From the NCBI GenBank assembly GCA_045807245.1, contig JBJMHS010000036.1:303-64302 (forward strand): DNA of 64,000 bases. The letters are read 5' to 3'. Source of the DNA: Actinomycetales bacterium. GTDB lineage: Bacteria > Actinomycetota > Actinomycetes > Actinomycetales > CAVURS01. Made by a program: the position numbers and the translations under genes. The notes below the pieces were generated by a model. It was not told where the DNA came from. It was given only the letters and a program-made list of their open reading frames with translations, and did not search any database. This document shows positions 29,046-39,029 of this stretch, one piece after another. Position 1 is the first letter of the stretch. Each line of letters opens with the position of its first letter.

Positions 29046-29395
29046 CGGTCAGCCCCGCCCTCGTCGCCCGCGGGCCAGCCTCGCACCGCCTGGACCGCTT
29101 CGAGCGTGAGCACGGCGGCGATGGGTACGACGAGGAAGAACAGCACCTCCTCGACGGGCAGCCCGCCCAGCAACCCCGAGGGCAGCCGCACGCCGAGGGT
29201 CTGGGCCCGGTCGAAGGACCACTGTCCGCGATCGACCGCATACAGGTCCCACGCGACGAAGACCGGCACCACCGGCAGCAGGGTCAGCAACAGCCGCCGC
29301 CAGCGGCGGTAGACCCCGACGTGCAGGAAGAGCTCCAACGGCGCGGTCCCGGCCAGGCAGAACGCCAGCATGGCCAGATAGCTCAGATGCCGCAC
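29042..29395 (-). CDS. crtYc: Heterodimeric lycopene cyclase subunit
   Basis: FVAWDLYA..GQWSF..LPVEEVLFF. Confidence 0.78.
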   Translation of the reverse strand: MRHLSYLAMLAFCLAGTAPLELFLHVGVYRRWRRLLLTLLPVVPVFVAWDLYAVDRGQWSFDRAQTLGVRLPSGLLGGLPVEEVLFFLVVPIAAVLTLEAVQAVRGWPAGDEGGADR

Positions 29396-29426
29396 GAACC
29401 CGCCGAGACCCCGACTGCGGTGACCG

Positions 29427-29798
29427 TCAGAACGCCAGGGCCTGGGCCCGGCGCCGGATCTCGGTCTTACGCCCCGACCGCAAGTTCTCGATCGGCGAGC
29501 CGGGCAGGGACGGGTCCGGTGTGAACAGCCAGCGCAGTGTGTCCTCGTCGCTGTACCCCGCATCGGACAGGAGGGTCACGGTCCCGGGCAGCTCGGACAA
29601 CGGTTGGCCGTCCATGACCAACAGGGCCGGCACGCACAGCTCCGCACCCGACCCGGCCGACGGGCGGCGCCGTACCGCGACCAGCTGGCGGTCACGCAAC
29701 AGCCGGCGGACCCGGCGTACGTCGATCTCGAGCAGGTCGGCCACCTCCTGCATGGTGAGCCAGCTCTCGACCAGCGACTCGAGCTCAGCGTCCGGCAC
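29427..29798 (-). CDS. Rv2175c-family DNA-binding (wHTH) protein
   Basis: WLTMQEVADLL, LPGTVTLLSDAGYSDEDTLRWLFT, EIRRRAQALAF; divergent from pknL. Confidence 0.85.
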   Translation of the reverse strand: MPDAELESLVESWLTMQEVADLLEIDVRRVRRLLRDRQLVAVRRRPSAGSGAELCVPALLVMDGQPLSELPGTVTLLSDAGYSDEDTLRWLFTPDPSLPGSPIENLRSGRKTEIRRRAQALAF

Positions 29799-29907
29799 GC
29801 GGCCCAGCCTGCCACCGTGCCGTCCGGCGAGGGAACTATCACCAAACCCGCACGCACGCGACACTCCGTTGCCCGGGGTTGGCGCTGCGCGAACGTAGAC
29901 TCCTCGG

Positions 29908-31866
29908 GTGGATACGACCGTCGCCGACCCCTTGGTGGGCCGGGTGCTGGAGGGCCGGTACGCCGTGCGCTCCCGCATCGCACGCGGCGGCATGGCCACC
30001 GTCTACCTCGCCGTCGACCAGCGGCTGGACCGTGACGTCGCGCTCAAGGTGATGCACGCCGACCTGGCCCAGGACCAGGAGTTCCTGCGCCGGTTCGTGC
30101 GAGAGGCGCGCTCGGCGGCCCGGTTGTCGCACCCGGGGGTCGTCGCGGTCTACGACCAGGGCGAGGACGACGGCTCGTGGTTCCTGGTGATGGAGTACGT
30201 CGCCGGCCATACCCTGCGGGACCTGCTCAACGAGCGCGGGCGGCTGACCCCGCGCGAGGCCCTCGCGCTGCTCGACCCCGTGCTGGATGCGCTCGCCGCG
30301 GCGCATTGGAACGGCATCATCCACCGGGACATCAAGCCCGAGAACGTGTTGCTGGCCGACGACGGCCGGCTCAAGGTCGCCGACTTCGGGCTGGCGCGTG
30401 CCGTCACCACGACGACCACGACGCAGCAGGACAGCAAGGTCCTGCTCGGCACGGTCGCGTACCTCGCACCCGAGCAGGTCGAGCGCAACGTCGCGGACGC
30501 GCGCAGCGACGTCTACGCCGTCGGGATCCTGCTGTTCGAGATGCTCACCGGGCGCAAGCCGTTCGTCGGTGACACACCGATCCAGGTCGCGTACCAGCAT
30601 GTCCACTCCGACGTCCCGCTCCCCTCCGCCATGGCGACCGGCATCGCGCCGGCTCTCGACGAGCTGGTACGACGCGCAACGTCGCGCGACGCGGACCAGC
30701 GGCCGGCGGACGCCGGTGAGCTGCTGGTCGAGGCGCGTCGCACGCGGGCGTCCCTGACGCCGGACGAGCTCGACGGCACGGCGGCCATCCCGATGACCCA
30801 GCTCGACGCCGACCAGACCGTCGCGGTCGCCGCCCCGATACCGAGCGCGGTGCCGGCTCCGGGTGCCTTCGCGGCGCCCGGCGGCCCGCCACCGGGCGCG
30901 GCGTACGTCCCGGGCGCGCACTCCTCACCCACCGGAGTGCTGGACCTGCGCGACGTACCACCGACCCGTGGCGGCACCCGCCGGCGGCACACGGGTCGCA
31001 ACGCCGCCATCCTGATCCTGGTCGCGGCTCTCGTCCTCGGCATCGCGGGCTGGTACGTCGGCGCCGGTCCGGGCTCGAAGATCTCCACGCCCAACGTGTT
31101 GCGGCAGAGCCAGGCGGCCGCGGAGAAAGCACTCCAGGCCAAGGGGCTGGACAGCAAGGTCGTCCAGGTGTTCAGCGAGACCGTCAGCGCCGGCCTGGTC
31201 GCGATGACCGACCCCGCGCCCGGCCAGCCGGTCAGCAAACACGGCACCGTGACGTTGCAGGTGTCCAAGGGGCCGGAGCGTTATCCGGTGCCGCAGGTCG
31301 TCGGCAAGGACAAGGACGTCGCCGAGGCCGCCATCACGGACCAACACCTGGCCGTTGGCGAGGTCCGGAGCCAGTACAGCGACACCGTCGCGCCGGGACT
31401 GGTCATCTCGACCAACCCGCCGACGGGCACGCAGCTCGCTCCCGGCAAGGCGGTTGACCTGGTGGTGAGCAAGGGTCCCGCGCCGGTCGACATCGTGGAC
31501 TGGACCGGCCAGCCCATCGACGAGGCGACCCAGGCTCTGAACGCCGACGGCCTCAAGGTCAAGGTCACCGAGAAGTACAACGAGAAGGTCGCCGAGGGCG
31601 TCATCGTCTCGCAGTCCCCGGGCGCGGGCACCGTGCACCGTGGCGACACGATCACCTTCGTGGTCTCCAAGGGGCCGCCCCTCGTCGAGGTCCCGTCGGT
31701 GACCGGCAAGTCGGAGAAGGACGCCAGGCGGATCCTGCACCAGGCGGGCTTCAAGGTGAAGGTCAGCAACATCTTCGGCGGGATCTTCGGCACGGTGCGG
31801 TTCCAGGACCCCGGCGGCGGCGAGCAGGCGCCCAAGGGCAGCGTCGTCACGATCTCCGTCGTCTAG
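29908..31866 (+). CDS. pknL: PASTA-domain Ser/Thr protein kinase (PknL-like)
   Basis: IARGGMATVY, VALKVM, HRDIKPEN, DFG, YLAPE; TM helix; four PASTA repeats. Confidence 0.88.
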   Translation: MDTTVADPLVGRVLEGRYAVRSRIARGGMATVYLAVDQRLDRDVALKVMHADLAQDQEFLRRFVREARSAARLSHPGVVAVYDQGEDDGSWFLVMEYVAGHTLRDLLNERGRLTPREALALLDPVLDALAAAHWNGIIHRDIKPENVLLADDGRLKVADFGLARAVTTTTTTQQDSKVLLGTVAYLAPEQVERNVADARSDVYAVGILLFEMLTGRKPFVGDTPIQVAYQHVHSDVPLPSAMATGIAPALDELVRRATSRDADQRPADAGELLVEARRTRASLTPDELDGTAAIPMTQLDADQTVAVAAPIPSAVPAPGAFAAPGGPPPGAAYVPGAHSSPTGVLDLRDVPPTRGGTRRRHTGRNAAILILVAALVLGIAGWYVGAGPGSKISTPNVLRQSQAAAEKALQAKGLDSKVVQVFSETVSAGLVAMTDPAPGQPVSKHGTVTLQVSKGPERYPVPQVVGKDKDVAEAAITDQHLAVGEVRSQYSDTVAPGLVISTNPPTGTQLAPGKAVDLVVSKGPAPVDIVDWTGQPIDEATQALNADGLKVKVTEKYNEKVAEGVIVSQSPGAGTVHRGDTITFVVSKGPPLVEVPSVTGKSEKDARRILHQAGFKVKVSNIFGGIFGTVRFQDPGGGEQAPKGSVVTISVV

Positions 31867-32780
31867 TGCCGGCAGTCCGCCGGACGCGCAGGGAACAGCT
31901 CGCGACACTGGCGCTCGTCGCCGTCACGACGGTGTGGGGCTCGACGTTCGTCCTCATCAAGCACGTCGTCGAGACGGTGCCGGTGGCCGACTTCCTGGCC
32001 GTCCGGTTCGTCATCGCCGCGGCGTTGATGCTCGCGCTGTTCGGCCGGCGGGTGGCCCGGCTCAGCCGCGCGGCGGCGCTGCGCGGGCTCGGTCTAGGCG
32101 CGGTGTACGGCGCGGCCCAGCTGCTCCAGACGGCCGGTCTGGCGCGCACCTCCGCGTCGGTCGCCGGCTTCGTGACGGGCATGTACGTCGTCCTCACACC
32201 CGTGCTGGGTCTGCTCCTGCTGCGGCAGAAGGCCGGCCGTTCGACCTGGCTGGCGGTGGCCTCCGCGACGCTCGGGCTCGGCCTGCTGTCCCTGCGCGGC
32301 ACCGAGGTCAGCGCCGGCGTCCTGCTGGTCCTGGCGTCGACCGTGCTCTACGCCTTGCACATCCTCGGGCTCGGCCTCTGGTCGTCGTCACGGGACGCGA
32401 TGGGCCTGGCCGCCGTACAGATGGCCGGGATCGCCGCCGTCTGCACGGTCGGCGCGCTCCCGGGTGGCGTCACCCTGCCGCCCGACGGCTCGGCCTGGAC
32501 GGCCACCCTCTACACCGCCATCGGCGCCGGAGCGCTCGCCATCTTGTTGCAGACCTGGGCGCAGGCCCACCTGACCGCGACCCGGGCCGCCATCGTCATG
32601 ACGCTGGAGCCTGTGGCGGCAGCGGCCTTCGCCGTCGGGTTCGGCGAGGCCCTGACCGGTCGCATGGTGCTCGGCGGCCTGTTCGTGCTCGGGGCCATGT
32701 ACCTGGTCGAGCTCTCACCGCGCCCACCCGGCCCCGCGGCTCAGTCACCCCCGCGGGAGATGCTGCATCACGAGGTCTAG
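31866..32780 (+). CDS. DMT/EamA-family transporter
   Basis: VWGSTF, multiple TM helices, AQAHLTATRAAIVMTLEPV. Confidence 0.85.
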   Translation: MPAVRRTRREQLATLALVAVTTVWGSTFVLIKHVVETVPVADFLAVRFVIAAALMLALFGRRVARLSRAAALRGLGLGAVYGAAQLLQTAGLARTSASVAGFVTGMYVVLTPVLGLLLLRQKAGRSTWLAVASATLGLGLLSLRGTEVSAGVLLVLASTVLYALHILGLGLWSSSRDAMGLAAVQMAGIAAVCTVGALPGGVTLPPDGSAWTATLYTAIGAGALAILLQTWAQAHLTATRAAIVMTLEPVAAAAFAVGFGEALTGRMVLGGLFVLGAMYLVELSPRPPGPAAQSPPREMLHHEV

Positions 32781-32801
32781 CGCCGGTTCGAGACGCGCTG
32801 G

Positions 32802-33872
32802 CTAGACCGCAAGCACTCGGCGGAGGACGTCGGCTGCGTACTTGATGCCGTCGGTGTCGACGTCCAGATGGGTCACCAGGCGAGCCGTGCGCGGCCCGAG
32901 GACAGAGACCCGCACTCCATGTTCGCCGGCCGCGGCCGCAAGTGCAGGCGCGTCGAGCGGGTGACCCGTGAGGTCCAGCGCGACGATGTTGGTCGGCGCG
33001 TGGTACGGGTCCACCAAGGAAGGGGCCACCTCGTGGCAGGCCACCGCCAGAAGATGCGCGTGTTCGTGATCCTCCGCCAGGCGCTCGACGTTGTGCTCGA
33101 GAGCGAAAAGCCCTGCCGCGGCGAGGATTCCGGCCTGCCGCATCCCCGCGCCGTACCGCTTGCGCCAGACCCGCGCTTCGGCGATCCTCTCGCGTGAGGA
33201 GACCAGGACCGAGCCGACGGGGGCGCCAAGACCCTTGGAGAGGCAGACCGACACGGTGTCGAACAGGCCGCCGTACGTCGAGAGTGGCACGCCCGTCGCC
33301 ACGTGGGCGTTCCAGAGCCGCGCGCCGTCAAGGTGCATCGTGACGCCGGCCGCCTGCGTGCCGGCGCGCAACGCCTCGATCTGGTCGAGCGGCTGGATCG
33401 TGCCCCCGCCGAAGTTGTGGGTGTTCTCGACGGCGACGGCCGCCGTCGAGACGAGGTACGGACCGGCGTCGGGTGTCATCATCGCGAGCGGCACCGAGGC
33501 GTCAAGCAGCCCGCGCGGCGCGGCCCACGACCGGGTCGTCACGCCGGAGAACGTCGCCGCGGCTCCCAGCTCGGCGCGCAGCACGTGCGCCGTCGAGTCG
33601 GCCAGGAGCTCCTGGCCGGGCCGCACGTGCAGGCGTACGCCGAGCTGGTTGGCCAGCGAGCCGGACGGCGTGAACAGGCCGGCCTCGTGGCCGAGCAGAT
33701 CGGCGACCGTCGCCTCGAGCCGGGTCAGTGTCGGGTCCTCGCCGTAGACGTCGTCACCGACCTCGGCCTCCGCCATGGCGCGGCGCATGTCGGGCGTCGG
33801 CCGGGTGACCGTGTCGCTGCGCAGGTCGACCAGGCGTTCGGGCGCGGTCGACGACCGCGGTCCCACCGTCAC
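32802..33872 (-). CDS. ltaE: Low-specificity L-threonine aldolase
   Basis: DLRSDTVTRP, GDDVYGEDP, ENTHN, HLDGARLWNA, CLSKGLGAPVG. Confidence 0.9.
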   Translation of the reverse strand: MTVGPRSSTAPERLVDLRSDTVTRPTPDMRRAMAEAEVGDDVYGEDPTLTRLEATVADLLGHEAGLFTPSGSLANQLGVRLHVRPGQELLADSTAHVLRAELGAAATFSGVTTRSWAAPRGLLDASVPLAMMTPDAGPYLVSTAAVAVENTHNFGGGTIQPLDQIEALRAGTQAAGVTMHLDGARLWNAHVATGVPLSTYGGLFDTVSVCLSKGLGAPVGSVLVSSRERIAEARVWRKRYGAGMRQAGILAAAGLFALEHNVERLAEDHEHAHLLAVACHEVAPSLVDPYHAPTNIVALDLTGHPLDAPALAAAAGEHGVRVSVLGPRTARLVTHLDVDTDGIKYAADVLRRVLAV

Positions 33873-35242
33873 GAAGGTGACCCCAGCATCTCGGCGACGA
33901 GGAAGGCGAGCTCCAGGCTCTGCTGGTGGTTCAGCCGCGGGTCGCACACGGACTCGTAGCGGGTCGCCAGAGCCGCGTCGTCGATGTGCTCCGCACCGCC
34001 CAGGCACTCGGTCACGTCGTCACCGGTCAGCTCGATGTGCAGACCGCCCGGCACCGTGCCCAGCCCGCGGTGGACCTCGAAGAACCCACGCACCTCGTCG
34101 ATCACGTCGTCGAACCGGCGCGTCTTGTAGCCGCTCGGCGACTCGAACGTGTTGCCGTGCATGGGATCGCAGATCCAGGTGACCTGGGCCCCGCTGCCAG
34201 TGACCTTCTGCACCAGATCGGGCAGCGCGTCACGGATGTGACCCGCGCCCATCCGGGTGATGAAGGTGAGCCGGCCCGGGCTGCGGTCCGGGTCCAGCTT
34301 GTCGATGAGGGCGAGCGCCTCATCCGCAGTCGTCCGAGCGCTGAGCTTGACGCCGATCGGGTTGCTGATCCGCGAGGCGAAGTCGATGTGGGCACCGTCC
34401 AGCGAGCGGGTGCGCTCCCCCACCCACACGAAGTGCGCCGACACGTCGTACGGCTGGCCGGTGCGTGAGTCGACCCGGGTCAGCGCGCGTTCGTAGTCCA
34501 GCAGCAGGGCCTCGTGGCACGAGTAGAAGTCGACCGCCTTGAGCGCCTCGAAGTCCGCGCCGCACGCCGCCATGAACCGCATGGCCCGGTCGATCTGGCC
34601 GGCGAGCGCTTCGTAACGGGCGTTGGCCGCGTTGGAGACGAAGCCACGGTTCCACTCGTGCACCTGGCGCAGGTCGGCGAAGCCGCCTTGGGTGAAGGCC
34701 CGGATGAGGTTCAGCGTCGCGCTGGACGTGTGGTACGCCTTCACCAGTCGGGCCGGGTTCGGCTGGCGCGCCTCGGCGGTGAAGGCGAAGTCGTTGACGG
34801 CGTCACCGCGGTACGCCGGGAGCGTCACCCCCTCGCGGGTCTCGTCGTCGCTCGTGCGGGGCTTGGCGAACTGCCCGGCCATGCGGCCGATCTTGACGAC
34901 GGGCAGGCTGCCGCCGTACGTCAGCACCGCGGCCATCTGCAGCACCGTCTTGATCCGGTTACGGATCTTGTTGGCCGTCGCGTCGACGAAGGTCTCGGCG
35001 CAGTCACCGCCTTGCAACACGAACGCCTCACCACGTCCGGCGGCAGCCATCCGGTCGCGCAGGTTGTCGCACTCGCCGGCGAACACCAGTGGTGGGAGGA
35101 CGGACAGCTCGGCGACGGCGTTGTCCAGTGCGGCCAGGTCGGGCCATTGGGGCTGCTGGGCGGCGGGCAGCTCGCGCCAGCGGTCCAGGCCCTCGACCGC
35201 CACCGGGTCGACGGGGTCCATGGGCCCGAGCTCGACGTTCAC
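33869..35242 (-). CDS. aroG: Class II DAHP synthase
   Basis: LQGGDCAETF, GRMAGQFAKPR, WVGERTR, CDPMHGNT, CDPRLN; start approximate. Confidence 0.92.
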   Translation of the reverse strand: MNVELGPMDPVDPVAVEGLDRWRELPAAQQPQWPDLAALDNAVAELSVLPPLVFAGECDNLRDRMAAAGRGEAFVLQGGDCAETFVDATANKIRNRIKTVLQMAAVLTYGGSLPVVKIGRMAGQFAKPRTSDDETREGVTLPAYRGDAVNDFAFTAEARQPNPARLVKAYHTSSATLNLIRAFTQGGFADLRQVHEWNRGFVSNAANARYEALAGQIDRAMRFMAACGADFEALKAVDFYSCHEALLLDYERALTRVDSRTGQPYDVSAHFVWVGERTRSLDGAHIDFASRISNPIGVKLSARTTADEALALIDKLDPDRSPGRLTFITRMGAGHIRDALPDLVQKVTGSGAQVTWICDPMHGNTFESPSGYKTRRFDDVIDEVRGFFEVHRGLGTVPGGLHIELTGDDVTECLGGAEHIDDAALATRYESVCDPRLNHQQSLELAFLVAEMLGSPS

Positions 35243-35353
35243 CGCACCAGCGTAGAGACCGTCTCGAAATGAGAGCGACGATTCCGCCATCCGGACAGGC
35301 GCTCGGCAGGGCCGGCGGCGAGGACAGCACCGAGTGCCTCCCCTCCCGCCGGC

Positions 35354-36379
35354 TCAGCCGAAGAAGACCTGCGCCTCCTGGTAGCGCTCCAACGGCACCG
35401 TCTTGAGCTCAGCGGTGGCCTCGGACAGCGGCACGCGCACGATGTCGGTGCCGCGGAGCGCCACCATCACCCCGAACTCCTTGTCGTCCACGGCGTCGAT
35501 CGCGTGCAGGCCGAACCGGGTGGACAGCACGCGGTCGTACGCCGTCGGCGTGCCGCCGCGCTGGACGTGACCGAGCACGACGGACCGCGACTCCTGGCCG
35601 GTGCGCTTCTCCAGCTCTTCGGCGAGCCAGGTGGCGATGCCGCCCAGGCGGACATGGCCGAACGCGTCCAGCTCGCCGTTGACGAGCGACTCACCGCCTG
35701 TCGCCGGCGTGGCGCCCTCGGCGACGACGATGATCGGCGCGTGCCCACGCTGGTAGCACTGCCGGGCCCAACCGGCGACCTGCTCGACGTCGAACGGGTT
35801 CTCCGGGATGAGGATCGCGTTGGCGCCGCCGGCCAGCCCGGAGTGCAGCGCGATCCAGCCGGCGTGCCGGCCCATGACCTCGACGACGAGCGTGCGGTGG
35901 TGCGACTCGGCCGTCGTCCGCAGCCGGTCGATCGCCTCGGTGGCGATGCCCACGGCCGTGTCGAAGCCGAACGTGTAGTCCGTGGCGCCCAGGTCGTTGT
36001 CGATCGTCTTCGGCACTCCCACGACACCGATGCCGTCGTCGGTGAGCCGCTTGGCGACACCGAGGGTGTCCTCGCCGCCGATCGCCACGAGCGCGTCGAT
36101 CCGCTGCGCTTCGAAGGTCTCTCGGATCCGGTCCAGGCCACCGTCGATCTTGTACGGGTTGGTCCGCGACGAGCCCAGGATCGTGCCGCCCCGGCCGAGG
36201 ACCTCCTGGACGTCCTCGAGGGTCAGCGACCGGGTCAGACCCTCGACCGGTCCCTTCCACCCGTCACGGAACCCCACGAACTCGTGGCCGAAGGCGTTCG
36301 TGCCCTTGGTCACGACCGCGCGGATGACTGCGTTCAGGCCGGGGCAGTCGCCGCCTCCGGTCAGCACACCGATTCTCAT
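35354..36379 (-). CDS. pfkA: 6-phosphofructokinase
   Basis: MRIGVLTGGGDCPGLNA, GGTILGSSR, IGGEDT, PKTIDND, EVMGRHAG, LGHVQRGG. Confidence 0.93.
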   Translation of the reverse strand: MRIGVLTGGGDCPGLNAVIRAVVTKGTNAFGHEFVGFRDGWKGPVEGLTRSLTLEDVQEVLGRGGTILGSSRTNPYKIDGGLDRIRETFEAQRIDALVAIGGEDTLGVAKRLTDDGIGVVGVPKTIDNDLGATDYTFGFDTAVGIATEAIDRLRTTAESHHRTLVVEVMGRHAGWIALHSGLAGGANAILIPENPFDVEQVAGWARQCYQRGHAPIIVVAEGATPATGGESLVNGELDAFGHVRLGGIATWLAEELEKRTGQESRSVVLGHVQRGGTPTAYDRVLSTRFGLHAIDAVDDKEFGVMVALRGTDIVRVPLSEATAELKTVPLERYQEAQVFFG

Positions 36380-36490
36380 GCGGGAAACGCTAGCGGCGCA
36401 GTGCGCCGGCCGGTCACCGGTGCCCGCAGGGTGAGAGGGGCCCGGTCGCCCCCTCACTCCCGCGACCCTCGCCCGGTAGGGTCGCCAGCC

Positions 36491-37318
36491 ATGACTTTCT
36501 CCGTCGTCGGGCGCGACGGCACGTCGTACGGCGTGGCCGTCGCCAGCAAGTTCCTCGCGGTCGGTTCGGCCGTTCCGGCCGCCTGGGCCGGCACCGGCGC
36601 CATCGCCACCCAGGCCTGGGCGAACCTCGCTTACCGACCCCAAGGTGGTGTCCTGCTGAGCGCGGGCCGGACCGCCGCAGAGACGGTGGCCGAGCTCACG
36701 CGGGCCGACCCGAGCGCCGACCAGCGTCAGACGGGTGTGGTGAGCGTCAGTGACGCGGCCACGTTCACCGGTGAGCACTGCATGAGCTGGGCCGGGGGCA
36801 TCGCCGAAGGTGATGTCGCCATCCAGGGCAACATCCTGACCGGCCCCGAGGTGGTCGACGCCATGCACGCCGCCTGGAAGGACAACGCCGGGGCGCGGCT
36901 CGCCGAGCGGCTGCTCGCGGTGGTGACGGCCGGCGATGCGGCCGGCGGCGACCGCAGAGGCCGACAGTCCGCGGCGCTGCTCGTGACGTCGCCGGGTGCC
37001 GGGTACAACGGCGACGACACCGAGGTCGACCTGCGAGTCGACGACCACCCGAACCCGGTGCCCGAGCTGGCCCGCCTGCTGGAGCTGCACCGGCTGTACT
37101 TCGACGCGCCGGACGAGGCGAGCCTGCTGCCACTCGAAGGCGACCTGGCCGAGGAGGTCGGTGCGCTCCTGGCGCGCGCGGGCCATCGCGGTGATGACGT
37201 CCAGTCCGCGCTCGAGGCCTGGGCCGGCGTGGAGAACTTCGAGGAACGCATGCGGCCCGGCCGCATCGACCCGTTGGTGCTCGAGCAGCTCCGGCAACAG
37301 GTGGGCGGGGTCAGGTAG
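36491..37318 (+). CDS. DUF1028-family (Ntn-hydrolase-like) protein
   Basis: MTFSVV..GVAVASKFLAVG, QGNIL, GGDRRGRQSAAL, DLRVDDH. Confidence 0.88.
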   Translation: MTFSVVGRDGTSYGVAVASKFLAVGSAVPAAWAGTGAIATQAWANLAYRPQGGVLLSAGRTAAETVAELTRADPSADQRQTGVVSVSDAATFTGEHCMSWAGGIAEGDVAIQGNILTGPEVVDAMHAAWKDNAGARLAERLLAVVTAGDAAGGDRRGRQSAALLVTSPGAGYNGDDTEVDLRVDDHPNPVPELARLLELHRLYFDAPDEASLLPLEGDLAEEVGALLARAGHRGDDVQSALEAWAGVENFEERMRPGRIDPLVLEQLRQQVGGVR

Positions 37319-38223
37319 TGGGACTCGGGCGTCAGGGGGGCACACCCTCCCCCGTCGCCCGTAGGGCCAAGGGCGCCGTCACGGTGGCCCTGACGGTCGC
37401 CGTCCTCGCGTCGGCCTGCTCGGGCGGGTCCGACGCGGCCTCGGGCGGGTCCAGCACGGCGCCCGGCCGGTCAACGCCCCCGGCCAGCACGCCGACCCCG
37501 ACGGCGACGCCGTCCACCACGACGTTGAAGCAACCGCCGAAGCCCGCCTCGACCGGCCTGTCCGTCGTACCGGCGGCCGGTGCCGGGCCGACGGTCCGGT
37601 TCCCGGCCGCCCCCGCCGCAGTCGGGTCGGGCGCCAACGCGACGGTGTCGCAGGTCCCGGACTCGGTGTGGAGCCGGATGGTCGGCTACTCGTGGACGTC
37701 TGGCTGCCCCGTCGGACGCAGCTCGCTGCGGCTGGTGCAGGTCAACTACTGGGGCTTCGACGGGCTCCGGCACCGCGGCAGCCTGGTCGTCGCCTCGGCG
37801 ATCGCCGACCGGGCGGCGAGCGCGTTCACCACGCTGTACGCCATCACCTTCCGGATCAGGCAGATGCGGCCCATGGACCGCGGGTGGGGACACAACCCCA
37901 AGGGCCCGGGAGCGGACGACTATGCGGCGATGAGCGCTGACAACACCTCGGCGTTCAACTGCCGGTACGTCGGCGGGGAGGAGTCCCGCAAGGTCTGGTC
38001 GAACCACGCGTACGGCCGGGCGATCGACGTCAACGACTTCGAGAACCCGTACGTCGCGTCGAACGGCACGGTCTACCCGTCTCGGTACTTCCTGCACCGC
38101 CGCAGCGGCCCCGGCGTGTTCGGCTCCTCCTCGAGCGCCGCCGTACGCGCGTTCACCCGGCTCGGGTTCTCCTGGGGTGGTCGCTGGAGCGCCCCGGACT
38201 ACCAGCACATGGAGCTGAGGTGA
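37318..38223 (+). CDS. M15-family peptidase lipoprotein
   Basis: Lipobox-like LASAC; GCPV, YWGFDG, NTSAFNCR, SNHAYGRAIDVN, DYQH. Confidence 0.8.
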   Translation: MGLGRQGGTPSPVARRAKGAVTVALTVAVLASACSGGSDAASGGSSTAPGRSTPPASTPTPTATPSTTTLKQPPKPASTGLSVVPAAGAGPTVRFPAAPAAVGSGANATVSQVPDSVWSRMVGYSWTSGCPVGRSSLRLVQVNYWGFDGLRHRGSLVVASAIADRAASAFTTLYAITFRIRQMRPMDRGWGHNPKGPGADDYAAMSADNTSAFNCRYVGGEESRKVWSNHAYGRAIDVNDFENPYVASNGTVYPSRYFLHRRSGPGVFGSSSSAAVRAFTRLGFSWGGRWSAPDYQHMELR

Positions 38224-39029
38224 GCCCGGTCCAGGTCCTCCGCTGCGGCGTGTTGGCGGGCGGGGTGCTGGCCGGCGGCCTGCTCGCCGCCTGCGGTTCC
38301 TCCCCCACGCCGGCGGCCGACCGGGCCCCGGCCCACGCATCGACGACCGCCACCAGCGCGGCGCCGACCAGCGCCACGGCGACCACCGTCTTGGCCGAGC
38401 CGGGCCTGAGCCCGCCGGCCAGCCGCAGCGCGGCCCGCACACCCACGCCGGGCGGCCAGGGGTCGTCCTCGACAGCCTGCTCCGTCCCGTCGGGCGTGCA
38501 CGCGACGCAGGTCGTCGTCGTGCGGTCGAGCGGCTCGAGCGCGACGGTGCGGGCCTGCACCCGCAGCGGTTCCCGATACCTGCTCGCGCTCGGGCCGTAC
38601 TCCGGCCACGTCGGGCTGCACGGTGTGTCGCCGAGCAAGCGCGAGGGCGACCTCAAGACGCCCGGCGGCGTGTTCCCGCTGCGCGGCGGGTTCGGGATCT
38701 ACGGCAACCCCGGGCTGGACCTGGGCTGGTTCCGGGTCGACTCCCGGGACGTCTGGGTCGACGACTCGAGGTCGTCGCTGTACAACACCCACCAGCGCAC
38801 GCCAGTGGGCGGCCGCTGGACGTCCGCTGAGCCCTTGGACAACGCACCGGCCTACAACTACGCGCAGGTCATCGGCTACAACGAGGGGCGCACTCCGGGC
38901 CGGGGGTCCGCGATCTTCCTGCACGTCGACCACGGCAGCGGTACGGCGGGCTGCGTGTCCCTGCCGACGTCCAACCTGCTGTCGATCTTCCGCTGGGAGC
39001 GCCCGGGTGCCGTGATCGCGATCAGCTAG
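38220..39029 (+). CDS. L,D-transpeptidase (YkuD-like) family lipoprotein
   Basis: Lipobox LAAC; KREGDLKTPGG, GSAIFLHV..TAGCV. Confidence 0.8.
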   Translation: MSPVQVLRCGVLAGGVLAGGLLAACGSSPTPAADRAPAHASTTATSAAPTSATATTVLAEPGLSPPASRSAARTPTPGGQGSSSTACSVPSGVHATQVVVVRSSGSSATVRACTRSGSRYLLALGPYSGHVGLHGVSPSKREGDLKTPGGVFPLRGGFGIYGNPGLDLGWFRVDSRDVWVDDSRSSLYNTHQRTPVGGRWTSAEPLDNAPAYNYAQVIGYNEGRTPGRGSAIFLHVDHGSGTAGCVSLPTSNLLSIFRWERPGAVIAIS

